Assembly (NCBI GenBank): GCA_024650005.2
Contig: CP122380.1
Span: 1,312,001-1,376,000 of the forward strand
From: Candidatus Bathyarchaeum tardum
GTDB taxonomy: Archaea > Thermoproteota > Bathyarchaeia > Bathyarchaeales > Bathyarchaeaceae
DNA length: 64,000 nucleotides
Direction: 5' to 3'
In this document: in pieces, positions 1 to 9,278 of the stretch
How the letters are laid out: every line of letters starts with the position of its first letter
Numbering within the stretch: the stretch's first letter is position 1
Notes under the pieces: model-generated
The model's input: the letters and a program-made list of their open reading frames with translations, nothing else
What the model was told of the DNA's origin: nothing
Database searches by the model: none
Made by a program: the position numbers and the translations under genes

Positions 1-405
1 CAAGTCGCGCTCAAACATATAAAGCTGGGAAGGGGACAAATCAGAATTGTGAACTTGATACCTGAGGTATTTCCCAGCTTCTAGAATTTTACGAACAAGC
101 AAAGGAATTTTTTGATAATTTGTTACGGTAACTTCCTGAACTAACGACTCAGCCCAGTTTGTATGGTCAACATGTTTTGGCACAAATCGAGAGGAATCAA
201 TTGGCAACTTAGAAACTAAATTTTGCAGTTCATTTAATGAAGCTTCTTTGCTTGAAACATAAAATCGGGGTTTGAAGGTGTCAACCAATTTGATTCTTTT
301 TCCATTTTCACAGATTATCCATACGTTCATCTGACCATCTGTTGAAGGATATAGATCAAATAACCAACCTTTAACTTTGTTAAGAACTGGATTTTGTTGA
401 ACCAA
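1..405 (-). CDS. polB2: Family B DNA polymerase PolB2/Dpo2-type, N-terminal part (runs off the window edge)
   Basis: Not in the ORF track. Manual translation from TTG at 405: MVQQNPVLNKVKGWLFDLYPSTDGQMNVWIICENGKRIKLVDTFKPRFYVS...YQVHNSDLSPSQLYMFERDL. GWLFDLYP / F.P.FYV start is typical of PolB2, and it follows the usual radA-like and small partner genes. Confidence 0.8.
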   Translation of the reverse strand, partial: MVQQNPVLNKVKGWLFDLYPSTDGQMNVWIICENGKRIKLVDTFKPRFYVSSKEASLNELQNLVSKLPIDSSRFVPKHVDHTNWAESLVQEVTVTNYQKIPLLVRKILEAGKYLRYQVHNSDLSPSQLYMFERDL

Positions 406-640
406 TCTCTTTTTTCAACCCATTCAAGGTTTTTTGCTGCTCTAAAAGAATACACATAACCATTGCTTCAAAAACTACTGGTCGCGTAGCGTTACTTGAT
501 GCAGAAGCATAATTGCGGCAAATATCCATTAACTGGTCAAATGTTTCACGGTCATTTTTTCGTAATGCCCTAGTAAAACTGCTCCAGCGCTGGACTTCTT
601 TATCCAGCTTCAGGCGATAAGATTCTACAGTTTTTCCCAA
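380..640 (-). CDS. Small helical protein of the PolB2 operon (arCOG07300-like)
   Basis: MGKTVESYR...W..F.RALRK.DRE.FD.L motif; lies between the radA-like gene and polB2. Confidence 0.75.
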   Translation of the reverse strand: MGKTVESYRLKLDKEVQRWSSFTRALRKNDRETFDQLMDICRNYASASSNATRPVVFEAMVMCILLEQQKTLNGLKKEIGSTKSSS

Positions 641-643
641 AAA

Positions 644-1405
644 TTATCCCTTCACAAAATCAAGAAGCGTACATTTGTTTGAAGAAGGAAACTCTGCTTT
701 TCCTAACTGCAAGAAATGGTGTTTTTCCAAGATAAAATGAGGCGTTTGATTAGCTTTTTTAATGGATGCTACGACATTTGCTGATTCGCATAAAGTTTGC
801 TTGAAAAACGTTGTACGTTTAGACCAAAGGTAAGGTTTGTGGGTTGCAATCAGAATTATTTTGTTTGTTTCAGCAAAACTGGAGAGATATTCTGTTAGTT
901 GTTTGAAGATTTCTTCTGATTCTTTTTTGGGGATGTCTTTATCAAGGAACAAATACGCAGGATTTGATAAGATAACAACTTTTGTTTCGTATTTTTTGAT
1001 TGCATTTTGAAGCTGGTCAAGAATCAAGGAAACTAGCTGGTATGCAGTGAAGGCGCGTGAGACAAAGATTTTTTCTAAAACTTGTTTGGGGTCAAGTTCC
1101 CATCTTTGGGCAAGTTCGGAAATTTCGTATAGTCTAAAACTGTTGGCACCGTCTACAAACAAAACATTGGTTTCTAGTCCCCCTAACTGATAGGGGAGTT
1201 GTGCCTTGACACATAAAGTGGGCAACAGGGACTGAACAGTTGACGAGCCATGGATTACTGCAAAGTCTCCTATAAGGAAACCTGGAAACAAACTATCAAC
1301 ATGTTCTATGTCCAAAGATAAGCATAATTTTGTTTGAGTTTTTTTTAGAATTTGGGCAGAGTACATGTTTTTCACTTTCAATTCAAAGGTGGAGGTCATT
1401 ACCAA
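644..1405 (-). CDS. Inactivated RadA/Rad51-like protein (PolB2 operon)
   Basis: FVDGANSF and IFVSRAFTAYQL RecA-fold motifs; Walker A degenerate (IHGSSTVQS); C-terminal TLLDFV resembles a PIP box. Confidence 0.8.
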   Translation of the reverse strand: MVMTSTFELKVKNMYSAQILKKTQTKLCLSLDIEHVDSLFPGFLIGDFAVIHGSSTVQSLLPTLCVKAQLPYQLGGLETNVLFVDGANSFRLYEISELAQRWELDPKQVLEKIFVSRAFTAYQLVSLILDQLQNAIKKYETKVVILSNPAYLFLDKDIPKKESEEIFKQLTEYLSSFAETNKIILIATHKPYLWSKRTTFFKQTLCESANVVASIKKANQTPHFILEKHHFLQLGKAEFPSSNKCTLLDFVKG

Positions 1406-1424
1406 ACTACAAAATTTTAGTTGT

Positions 1425-1541
1425 TTATACGTAACCGCTGTTAATTAGATTCTCAATTTCAGAGAACTTTTTTTGTCTCGCGAGATTTTGGATGTGAGTT
1501 AATCGGTTAATCACTACTTGTTTGTATTCTGTTTGTGTCAT
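1425..1541 (-). CDS. Small hypothetical protein heading the PolB2 operon
   Basis: ORF 1425..1643; likely start is ATG at 1541 (MTQTEYKQ) after a GGTGG ribosome-binding site. Confidence 0.4.
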   Translation of the reverse strand: MTQTEYKQVVINRLTHIQNLARQKKFSEIENLINSGYV

Positions 1542-1678
1542 TTTGAATCCACCACAGGGTTTATTTCCTTGTTTGAAAACCAGATAAAGCTGCGGTTCCA
1601 ACGACAACAAACAGAGCAGAGACCCCAGTGAAAGTGAAAACAAACCGCATAAGTTACTTAAAACAGTTTAGCAGTTAT

Positions 1679-2122
1679 CTAGCAGGTTTTCAATTGTTTC
1701 ATGTGTTTTTGAAGGAAATGACGAACCGACCCTGCGAGGTCGTAGTTGTTTGCTTCGTTTAACGGAACCCATTTGGCATCTTTTGCATCACTTGTAGGTT
1801 TTAGGACCCCATTTTTTGGTTTACCCAGAAACTGAAGCAACACATAATGATACCAAAGTTTACCTTGTTTATCCCACTCAAAAATATCGTAAGCATCCAA
1901 AGGAGTGTCTTGGATAAGTTCTATTTCTAAGCACGTTTCTTCGTTAGTTTCCCGCAGCACAGCATCCCGAACACACTCACCCAACTCCACTGCACCACCA
2001 GGAAAACTCCACTTACCCAAAGAAGGTTCAACACCACGTTTTACCAAAAGAATTTTACCAGAATCAACAACAACTGCACCCACACCCACAACAGGCTGAA
2101 CCGGATACGCACGCCTCAACAA
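1679..2122 (-). CDS. NUDIX hydrolase (ADP-ribose pyrophosphatase-like)
   Basis: Nudix box GGAVELGECVRDAVLRETNEETC; YP..PVVGVGAVV and YHYVL motifs. Confidence 0.9.
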   Translation of the reverse strand: MLRRAYPVQPVVGVGAVVVDSGKILLVKRGVEPSLGKWSFPGGAVELGECVRDAVLRETNEETCLEIELIQDTPLDAYDIFEWDKQGKLWYHYVLLQFLGKPKNGVLKPTSDAKDAKWVPLNEANNYDLAGSVRHFLQKHMKQLKTC

Positions 2123-2379
2123 CAGACCCCATTATTAAAAAACACTTCACAAACATAAGAGTGTACCGAAAAACAAAACAAAAGGTTACATGAAGTTTGA
2201 ACATAATCTCAATTTGGATTAAAAAATGATTATTTGCCAGAGTCAGCAAAATAAAGAAACATAAAAAATATAAGTGCCCCCAAGTAACAGCAAGAAAACC
2301 AAAAAATCAAGCTCGTAGGATGCGATAGCTTTTTTCTATCTATGTTTCAGCTTGTTTTTGTTTGGAGACTTTCGTAACT

Positions 2380-3699
2380 ATGGAAAAATTCGTAAAACTT
2401 AGTACCTATCAAAAATCTATTGCGAGAAAGGTAAGTAAATACACAACAGAGGGAAACTGGAAAGACTACACATGGCAGTTAAAGCAGTCAATAAAGGATG
2501 TAGTTACTTTTGAAAAATTAACTGGAATAACATTTACAAAAAAAGAACATAAAGAATTTGAAAAAATCGTTAGCAAATTTCCAATTAGCATTACTCCTTA
2601 TTATGCATCGTTAATAGACAAAGAAAATTACCAAAATGACCCGATATTCAAGCAAGCGTTTCCTAATCCGGCGGAATTGAAGGTTTCACGATACGACCTG
2701 TCAGACCCATTGCACGAAGATAAAGACAGCCCAGTAGAAGGAATTACACATCGGTATCCAGACAGGGTGCTGTTCTTGGTCAGCAACCGGTGCTCCATGT
2801 ATTGCAGACATTGCACACGAAAAAGGAAAGTTGGAGATTGCGACCATATTCCGTCAAGGGAACAAATCCTCAAAGGAATTCAATATATCAAAAAAAATCG
2901 TCAGGTCCGTGATGTCTTGCTTTCAGGCGGCGACCCTTTGATGTTGCCTGATGATTATCTTGATTGGATTTTAACTGAACTCAGAAAAATTTCCCATGTT
3001 GAAATAATTCGAATTGGTTCAAGGATGCCTGTTGTTCTGCCTTACAGAATAACTAATGCCCTTGTAAAAATGCTAAAGAAACATCATCCAATATGGTTGA
3101 ATACTCATTTTAATCATCCAAGAGAACTTACTCAGTCAGCTCGTCAAGCACTTTGTAAATTAGCTGATGCTGGGATTCCACTAGGAAATCAATCAGTATT
3201 GCTTGCGGGAGTAAACGATTGTCCACGGATAATGAAAAAACTTAATCAAAAACTTGTACAAAACAGAGTTCGCCCTTACTATTTGTTCCAATGTGACCTT
3301 TCAGAAGGACTTTCCCATTTTCGAACACCCATCGGAAAAGGAATTGAAATTGTAGAAAGCCTAGTAGGTCACACGTCGGGTCTTGCAGTTCCGACGTATG
3401 TTGTGGATGCTCCAGGTGGAGGGGGAAAAATTCCAATCATGCCAAATTATCTGATTTCTTATTCCACAAACAAAGTTGTGCTAAGAAATTATGAAGGAAT
3501 CATAACGACATACCACGAACCTGACAGTTATGAACCGATTTTCTGTGAACGAAACTGTAACGAGTGTAGTTTACTCTTAAAATTAGATGAAGCAGACGAA
3601 ACAAAAGCCATAGGAATAGAAAAACTATTGACAGATGCAGATACTGAAACAACTCTAATACCTAACGGAAACCCTAGACTCGAACGAAGAAATGAATAA
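2380..3699 (+). CDS. ablA: Lysine 2,3-aminomutase (radical SAM, AblA/KamA)
   Basis: [12 protein letters not shown] radical-SAM motif, [21 protein letters not shown]-lysine motif GGGGKIP; methanogen AblA-like Cys-rich C-terminus (CERNCNEC). Likely ATG at 2380. Confidence 0.93.
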   Translation: MEKFVKLSTYQKSIARKVSKYTTEGNWKDYTWQLKQSIKDVVTFEKLTGITFTKKEHKEFEKIVSKFPISITPYYASLIDKENYQNDPIFKQAFPNPAELKVSRYDLSDPLHEDKDSPVEGITHRYPDRVLFLVSNRCSMYCRHCTRKRKVGDCDHIPSREQILKGIQYIKKNRQVRDVLLSGGDPLMLPDDYLDWILTELRKISHVEIIRIGSRMPVVLPYRITNALVKMLKKHHPIWLNTHFNHPRELTQSARQALCKLADAGIPLGNQSVLLAGVNDCPRIMKKLNQKLVQNRVRPYYLFQCDLSEGLSHFRTPIGKGIEIVESLVGHTSGLAVPTYVVDAPGGGGKIPIMPNYLISYSTNKVVLRNYEGIITTYHEPDSYEPIFCERNCNECSLLLKLDEADETKAIGIEKLLTDADTETTLIPNGNPRLERRNE

Positions 3700-4246
3700 A
3701 AAGCTCGTTTGTGTGTTTCAAATGCAAAATGAAAATGACGATTTGGACTTCAACATTCGGAAGGTCAAAGTAGAAGATATCAAAGAAGTTTACAAGTTAC
3801 TTGTGGAGAATAGGCCTTATGTTGGTTTGAATTCTCGCTACACTTATTTTCTTTTAGCACGAGACTTTTCAGATACCTGTGTTGTCGCAGAACATAATGG
3901 CAAAATAGTAGGATTTTCTTCAGGTTATGTTTCGCCGTCTAGGACGGACACCTTTTTTAATTGGGAAACTGTCGTTCACAAAGATTACAGGGGAAATAAT
4001 CTGCAAAAACAGATGCTTTTACATCAACTCAGAAATACAAACGTAGACTATTTTGAGGGAACTATCAACCCATCAAATAAAGTCTCTGAAAACAATTTCT
4101 TAAAACTAGCTGAATTATTGAATACAAAATGCCAAAAAAGAGTGTTATTTAAGGAAAAAGATTTTGAGAACAGCGGACATGAAGCTGAAATTCTTTGTAG
4201 AATTGGTCCACTCAAAAAACTTCAGACACAGATCAAGGGAAAGTAA
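3692..4246 (+). CDS. GNAT acetyltransferase of the EctA (diaminobutyrate acetyltransferase) type
   Basis: [45 protein letters not shown] and [11 protein letters not shown] follow the EctA consensus; overlaps the ablA stop. Confidence 0.8.
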   Translation: MNKKLVCVFQMQNENDDLDFNIRKVKVEDIKEVYKLLVENRPYVGLNSRYTYFLLARDFSDTCVVAEHNGKIVGFSSGYVSPSRTDTFFNWETVVHKDYRGNNLQKQMLLHQLRNTNVDYFEGTINPSNKVSENNFLKLAELLNTKCQKRVLFKEKDFENSGHEAEILCRIGPLKKLQTQIKGK

Positions 4247-4331
4247 GATTTACTATCAAAATTTTCAGTATACTGAACATGCAAGTTGTCTAAAAATGCT
4301 GTTGTTATAAAGAAAAAAGATGTAAATTAGA

Positions 4332-5237
4332 ATGAATTTCGTTTCAAGTGAAAAATGTATTGAATGTGGCACTTCATTGCTTATTCGAGACCCAGAAACT
4401 GGTGAAGTTGTTTGTGGAAAATGTGGAGTAGTCATATCCACACAAGTTGCAGATTTAGGACCAGAATGGAGAGCATACACGCCTGAAGAACAAAAACAAA
4501 AAATACGTGTTGGATCACCAGAAACTTTGTCTATTCATGATAAAGGGCTTTCAACCAAAATTGATTGGCGAGATATAACTGGTTTTAAACCTGAAAAAAG
4601 AGCTCAACTGAAGCGTATTAGTCAATGGCAACAAAGAAGCAGGATATCTAATTCTTCCGAAAGAAGCATTTCTTTAGCATTAATAGAGATTCGCAGGGTT
4701 TCCGACAAATTAAGATTGCCTAAAAACATTGCAGAAACAGCCTCAGTAATATACAGAAAAGCAGTAAACAAAAAATTAATCAGAGGACGAACAATTCGCG
4801 GAATGGCTGCAGCATCAACATATCTGGCATGTAGACAAAACAAACTTATTCGGAGTATTTCAAAAATTTCTAATGTTTCTGGAATCAAGCGCAAAGAAAT
4901 ATCGTCAAATTATAGATATTTAGTTAAAGAACTGAAAATTTTTGTCCCAATAGTCCGTCCAAACCAACATATTACAAAGCTGTCTAACAGCCTTGAATTA
5001 AATGGAGTAACAGAAGGAATAGCACATAAGATTCTTATAGGGGCAAAAAAACAAAAACTAACGTCAGGAAGAGGGGCAAAAAGCATTGCTGCAGCTGCAT
5101 GCTATATTGCTTCAAGAATAGTTGGAAATTACAGAACACAAAGAGAAGTTGCAGATGCTGCCGAACTAACTGAAGTTACTATCAGAAACAGGTACAAAGA
5201 AATGTTGAAACGGTTAACAATTACTGTTAACCTATAA
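4332..5237 (+). CDS. tfb: Transcription initiation factor IIB paralog
   Basis: Zn ribbon CIEC...CGKC, B-reader GPEWRAY, HDKGLST, two cyclin repeats, TQREVA...TEVTIRNRYKE. Confidence 0.93.
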   Translation: MNFVSSEKCIECGTSLLIRDPETGEVVCGKCGVVISTQVADLGPEWRAYTPEEQKQKIRVGSPETLSIHDKGLSTKIDWRDITGFKPEKRAQLKRISQWQQRSRISNSSERSISLALIEIRRVSDKLRLPKNIAETASVIYRKAVNKKLIRGRTIRGMAAASTYLACRQNKLIRSISKISNVSGIKRKEISSNYRYLVKELKIFVPIVRPNQHITKLSNSLELNGVTEGIAHKILIGAKKQKLTSGRGAKSIAAAACYIASRIVGNYRTQREVADAAELTEVTIRNRYKEMLKRLTITVNL

Positions 5238-5357
5238 ATGCAAATGTTTTTCCATTTTTAGTTAATACATTTTTTATCCAAAGCAAAAAATGATGTGTCA
5301 CACCAAGCATCTTGCCCAGTACAAGCAGTAAAATAAGAGTGAAAATTTAAATCAAAG

Positions 5358-6446
5358 TTATTCATGAGTTTTTTTGCGCTTTTTAAATTTTTTAGCAGAT
5401 TTTATGCTCTTTTTTCCTAATTCGTCAACAACTGTGTCTTCAATTTTTTTAGTAGAAATTGGAACAGCTGATTTCATTAGTTTAGATTTAACAACCCCAG
5501 CAATATTTTTAGCTGATTCATCATCAACTCCAACATTTTTAACTGCAGAAGATAGTCGTTTAACATCAAACTCTTTTATAGCTCCTGAGCTTTCCTTGAC
5601 AAGTATTGAATCAAGGTTAGGTTTGTAAGGTAAAACCACAATCAAAGAAGCTTCCTGATCATGTATAGTTTCAATATCATCTTGTTTTAAAACTACCGTG
5701 ATTTGTTTCTCTTTTCGATTTACGCCTTTAATTTCTACAGCATCAATAATTTTTTTATTTTTTAGGTAAATTCGAACAATATCCCCAAGAGCCAATCCTG
5801 AAGGCAACATTTCACATTTCAAAGGAACAGCAGCACATCCTTTAGGAATCCCTTCGCTTAGACCGTGCTCTTTGGCAGATATTGCTAAATGAGTGATTTT
5901 ACCATTGTGATCAATTTCTGCTTCGACTTCACCAACACCCCAATCGGTAATAAGCCGACGTCTTAGGCGCTTTTCAATTTCTTTTGGAGGTAAATCAGCA
6001 GGGAAAAGCATTTCTCGTTCAGACAAATCATTCTTAATTTCTTTTGGTACTCGGGACTTTCCTGAAATATCAAAAATTAAATGTTGAACAGGTAAGTTTA
6101 TTCTAGTGTAGTGCTTGTATTTTTGTTTTAAAAAATTTTGAAATTGAATGGATTTTTTGGGAATTTTTTCAGCTAACTTATTTCCGGTATGAACCCCCCA
6201 ACCGATTACGATGCTTGCAATTATTATTTCGGTTGCTCCTTCAATGGTTGGTTCATACAATATCGCAGTTAATCCTCCTGAAATTTCAAAAATTCCTAAA
6301 CCTAAAATCATGCCGAGAATTGATGGAAAATTTTCATTTGTAAAATATCTATAAATCATCGAAAGAAAAATTATGAAAATTGATGCTATTATTCCATAAA
6401 TTAATCCCCTAAATGCACTTAACATAAATTCTGAGACAATAAACAT
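5358..6446 (-). CDS. Membrane protein of the haloarchaeal TrkA-C-associated family with a C-terminal ATP-cone-like domain
   Basis: About 3 N-terminal TM helices; FPADLP..EIEKRL.RRLITDWGV and LPSGLALGDIV motifs; C-terminal LVKESSGAIKEFDVKRL...ISTKKIEDTVVDEL resembles an ATP cone. Confidence 0.6.
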   Translation of the reverse strand: MFIVSEFMLSAFRGLIYGIIASIFIIFLSMIYRYFTNENFPSILGMILGLGIFEISGGLTAILYEPTIEGATEIIIASIVIGWGVHTGNKLAEKIPKKSIQFQNFLKQKYKHYTRINLPVQHLIFDISGKSRVPKEIKNDLSEREMLFPADLPPKEIEKRLRRRLITDWGVGEVEAEIDHNGKITHLAISAKEHGLSEGIPKGCAAVPLKCEMLPSGLALGDIVRIYLKNKKIIDAVEIKGVNRKEKQITVVLKQDDIETIHDQEASLIVVLPYKPNLDSILVKESSGAIKEFDVKRLSSAVKNVGVDDESAKNIAGVVKSKLMKSAVPISTKKIEDTVVDELGKKSIKSAKKFKKRKKTHE

Positions 6447-6660
6447 TTTTTTAAATAAAACCTACTATTTTGAATTGATATGCTTTCTTTGCCGTTTCTG
6501 GAACAATATTTATTGAACGAGTTTTTATCATCTTGAATCAAATCTTATGCGAATATGAAGACGTTTACACACTTATGAGTTCACAAATAAACGGTTAGTT
6601 TCATCTGACCGATAAGATAAGACTAATAAAGGGATTTCGAAATATAAACATTATCAAAAC

Positions 6661-7254
6661 GTGAATAATTTGTCAACAAAAAATGTAAAGATAATTAGTA
6701 ATCCTGAGGGCATTAGAGTTTTAGCAGACCCAGTACGCAGAGAAATTCTTCGCATTATTCAAGACGAACCACAAACTCAAACACAACTTGCCCGAGAGTT
6801 GAATCTTTCTAAACCCTCAGTAAAACACCATGTTCAGTTACTTCTTCATCATCAAATGATTAAAATTGCATTTACAAAAATTGAATCGCATGGAATAATT
6901 CAAAAATATTTTGAGCCAACATCTAGTTTACTAATTGAGGACTTTGAAAAAACTCCAATAAATTTACAGAAATATTTCCTTCAATTTCACATAGAAAGAT
7001 TAAGGGGCATGTTAAGTGTTTTACAACTGACAGGGAGTCTGAAAGGTCAATTATCAGGATTAACTTCGAAAGAAATAAAAGAATTAGCCCAAGAAATAGC
7101 AAAAAAAATAGCAAAAGTTGGAAAAAAATATCAAAAGACTAACAGTCAAATAACACGAGAAACATTACTTATCATGATTTACAGTGAAGCACTCGATCAA
7201 GCAATGAGTGAAGATATGTTGCAATCTCTTTTTGAAAAAAATAGAGGTGAATAA
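6661..7254 (+). CDS. ArsR/HTH_20 family transcriptional regulator
   Basis: LADPVRREILRII...QTQLARELNLSKPSVKHHVQLL wHTH; directly upstream of the sps-spp pair. Confidence 0.85.
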   Translation: MNNLSTKNVKIISNPEGIRVLADPVRREILRIIQDEPQTQTQLARELNLSKPSVKHHVQLLLHHQMIKIAFTKIESHGIIQKYFEPTSSLLIEDFEKTPINLQKYFLQFHIERLRGMLSVLQLTGSLKGQLSGLTSKEIKELAQEIAKKIAKVGKKYQKTNSQITRETLLIMIYSEALDQAMSEDMLQSLFEKNRGE

Positions 7255-7300
7255 GTAACAAAATTACAAAAATAGAAAATTAAGAAGTTGATTTGATATT

Positions 7301-8554
7301 ATGCCGAAAAAAATTCAGAGAAAAAAGAACATTATAATGCTTTCAATTCATGGTGATCCTGCAACAAAAATTGGGTCAGAAGAACAAGGCGGACAACCAA
7401 TTTACATTAAAGATATCTGCAGGTTGCTTTCGAAATGTTACAAGATTGACGTTTTTACACGCAGGAAAAGTGAAAATGAAGAAGAAATTGTGGAATTAAT
7501 ACCTGATGTCAACGTTGTTAGAATAAAAGCAGGTCCAATTGAGTTTGTTCCAAAAGAAAAAATTTACTTGTATTTGAATGAATTTTTCATGAACACAATA
7601 AGATGGATTGAAAAACACAACAAAGAATATTCTCTGGTTCATTCTCATTATTGGTATTCAGGCAGTGTTGCTTTAAAACTTAAAGACCATCTAGAAATAC
7701 CGATGGTTCATAATTCTCATTCTTTGGGAAGAGTGAAATATGAAGTTTTAAAATATGATAAGCCAGTTTACGCAGATATGCGTTTATTAGAAGAAGAATT
7801 GATTTTGAAGCATTCAAACGCAATAATTGCTTCAACACCTCAAGAGGTCAAAAACATTTTAGATTTATACGATGTAACCGGAGAAAACATTGAGTTAATC
7901 AGAACCGGTGTTGATTCACAACTTTTCAGACCAATTGATAAAAAAACTGCACTAAAAGAAACTGGAATTGATTTCAAAAACATAATTTTGTTTGTAGGTC
8001 GAATCACAAAAGCAAAGGGTTTACGGATTTTAGTCAAAGCTTTTGCTCAAGTTAAACAAGAATTCAATGAGGAAATCAAATTAATTGTAATTGGAGGAGA
8101 TGTCTCAGGTGATATGCACTCCGAGGAAGAAAGCAAAGAAAAGAAATATTTGAAGCGTTTAATTAAGAAACTAAACCTAACTGAAGACGTGCTATTTTTA
8201 GGTCCAATAAACAGAGAACTGTTACCGTACATGTATTCCATAGCTGACGTTTGTGCAGTTCCTTCCTTGTATGAATCTTTTGGGCTAGTTGCAGTGGAAG
8301 CAATGTCGTGCGGAACACCAGTTATTGCATCCAAAGTAGGTGGTCTTGCACACACAGTTAGAGACGGATATTCTGGTCTTCATTTTTTGCCAGGCAGATC
8401 GGACCAATTGGCAAAATCGATACTGAAAATCCTTACAGATTGCGAAAAAACGAAAGAAATTTGTCTAAATGCTCGGTTTAGAACTGCAAGAGAGTTTGGT
8501 TTAGAACAAACTGTAAAGCAAATCAAATTGCTGTACGAGTTACTGCTGTTCTAA
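7301..8554 (+). CDS. GT4 glycosyltransferase, single-domain sucrose-phosphate synthase-like
   Basis: MLSIHGDPATKIGSEEQGGQ, DVFTRR, RIKAGP.EF, HSHYWYSG, HSLGRVKY, FVGRI..KG, PSLYESFGLVAVEAM; resembles Anabaena-type SpsA/B. Confidence 0.75.
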   Translation: MPKKIQRKKNIIMLSIHGDPATKIGSEEQGGQPIYIKDICRLLSKCYKIDVFTRRKSENEEEIVELIPDVNVVRIKAGPIEFVPKEKIYLYLNEFFMNTIRWIEKHNKEYSLVHSHYWYSGSVALKLKDHLEIPMVHNSHSLGRVKYEVLKYDKPVYADMRLLEEELILKHSNAIIASTPQEVKNILDLYDVTGENIELIRTGVDSQLFRPIDKKTALKETGIDFKNIILFVGRITKAKGLRILVKAFAQVKQEFNEEIKLIVIGGDVSGDMHSEEESKEKKYLKRLIKKLNLTEDVLFLGPINRELLPYMYSIADVCAVPSLYESFGLVAVEAMSCGTPVIASKVGGLAHTVRDGYSGLHFLPGRSDQLAKSILKILTDCEKTKEICLNARFRTAREFGLEQTVKQIKLLYELLLF

Positions 8555-9274
8555 GTGGTTACAATGGAATATGTACTTATTTGTGATTTAGATGATACTC
8601 TTACAGGGGACATGAAAGCAATTGAAAAATTCAATGACGTTATAGGTGATTCAAAGTTTCACCTAGTTTATTCAAGTGGAAGGTTCATGAATTCCATTAA
8701 AGAGTTAATTGCAAGTTCAGGTTTGATCGAACCAAATGTTATCGTTGCAAATCTAGGGACAGAAATTTATTATGGTCCAGATTGGATAAAAGATAAAAAT
8801 TGGGAAAGAAAACTTAAAGCAAATTGGCAAAAAGAAAAAATTATCTCAGTTTTAAATGATTTTAATTTGAAATCTCAACCTTATGACAAAGATTTGGTTA
8901 TTTCTTATTACACTGAAGATAAAAGAATTGTTGCTGAAATGAAAGCTAAAATCGAACAATACAACGTAAAATTAGTTCATACAAAAAAACAATTTTTAGA
9001 TATAATACCTGAAAAAGCAGGTAAAGGTAATGCTGCGAAATACCTTGGAGAGAAAATGAATTTACCAATAGTTTGTTGTGGGGATTCCGAGAACGATGAA
9101 GACATGCTAATAAAAAGTGATTACGGAATACTTGTTGGAAATTCATCGCACTATTTACAAAAAAAATTGTGCAGATATCCAAATATTCATTTAGCTAATT
9201 CAAATCATGCAAATGGAGTTTTAGAGGGTTTAATGCACAAAGGCATTATTCACCTCAAAAAAGAGTCTTTCTAA
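8555..9274 (+). CDS. HAD-IIB sucrose-phosphate phosphatase (S6PP family)
   Basis: ICDLDDTL.GD, YSSGR, P...VANLGTEIY, LDIIP..AGKGNA, CGDSEND, HANGVLEGL; starts immediately after the GT4 stop. Confidence 0.8.
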   Translation: MVTMEYVLICDLDDTLTGDMKAIEKFNDVIGDSKFHLVYSSGRFMNSIKELIASSGLIEPNVIVANLGTEIYYGPDWIKDKNWERKLKANWQKEKIISVLNDFNLKSQPYDKDLVISYYTEDKRIVAEMKAKIEQYNVKLVHTKKQFLDIIPEKAGKGNAAKYLGEKMNLPIVCCGDSENDEDMLIKSDYGILVGNSSHYLQKKLCRYPNIHLANSNHANGVLEGLMHKGIIHLKKESF

Positions 9275-9278
9275 AAAA

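Noticed and set aside
2380-3699. EF-P beta-lysylation (EpmB) or lysine fermentation cluster
   Set aside because: No epmA/efp or kamDE/kdd nearby; the C-terminus and acetyltransferase partner fit AblA.
3692-4246. Ectoine biosynthesis operon
   Set aside because: Only an EctA-like gene is present; there is no ectB or ectC in the window and its partner is a lysine aminomutase.
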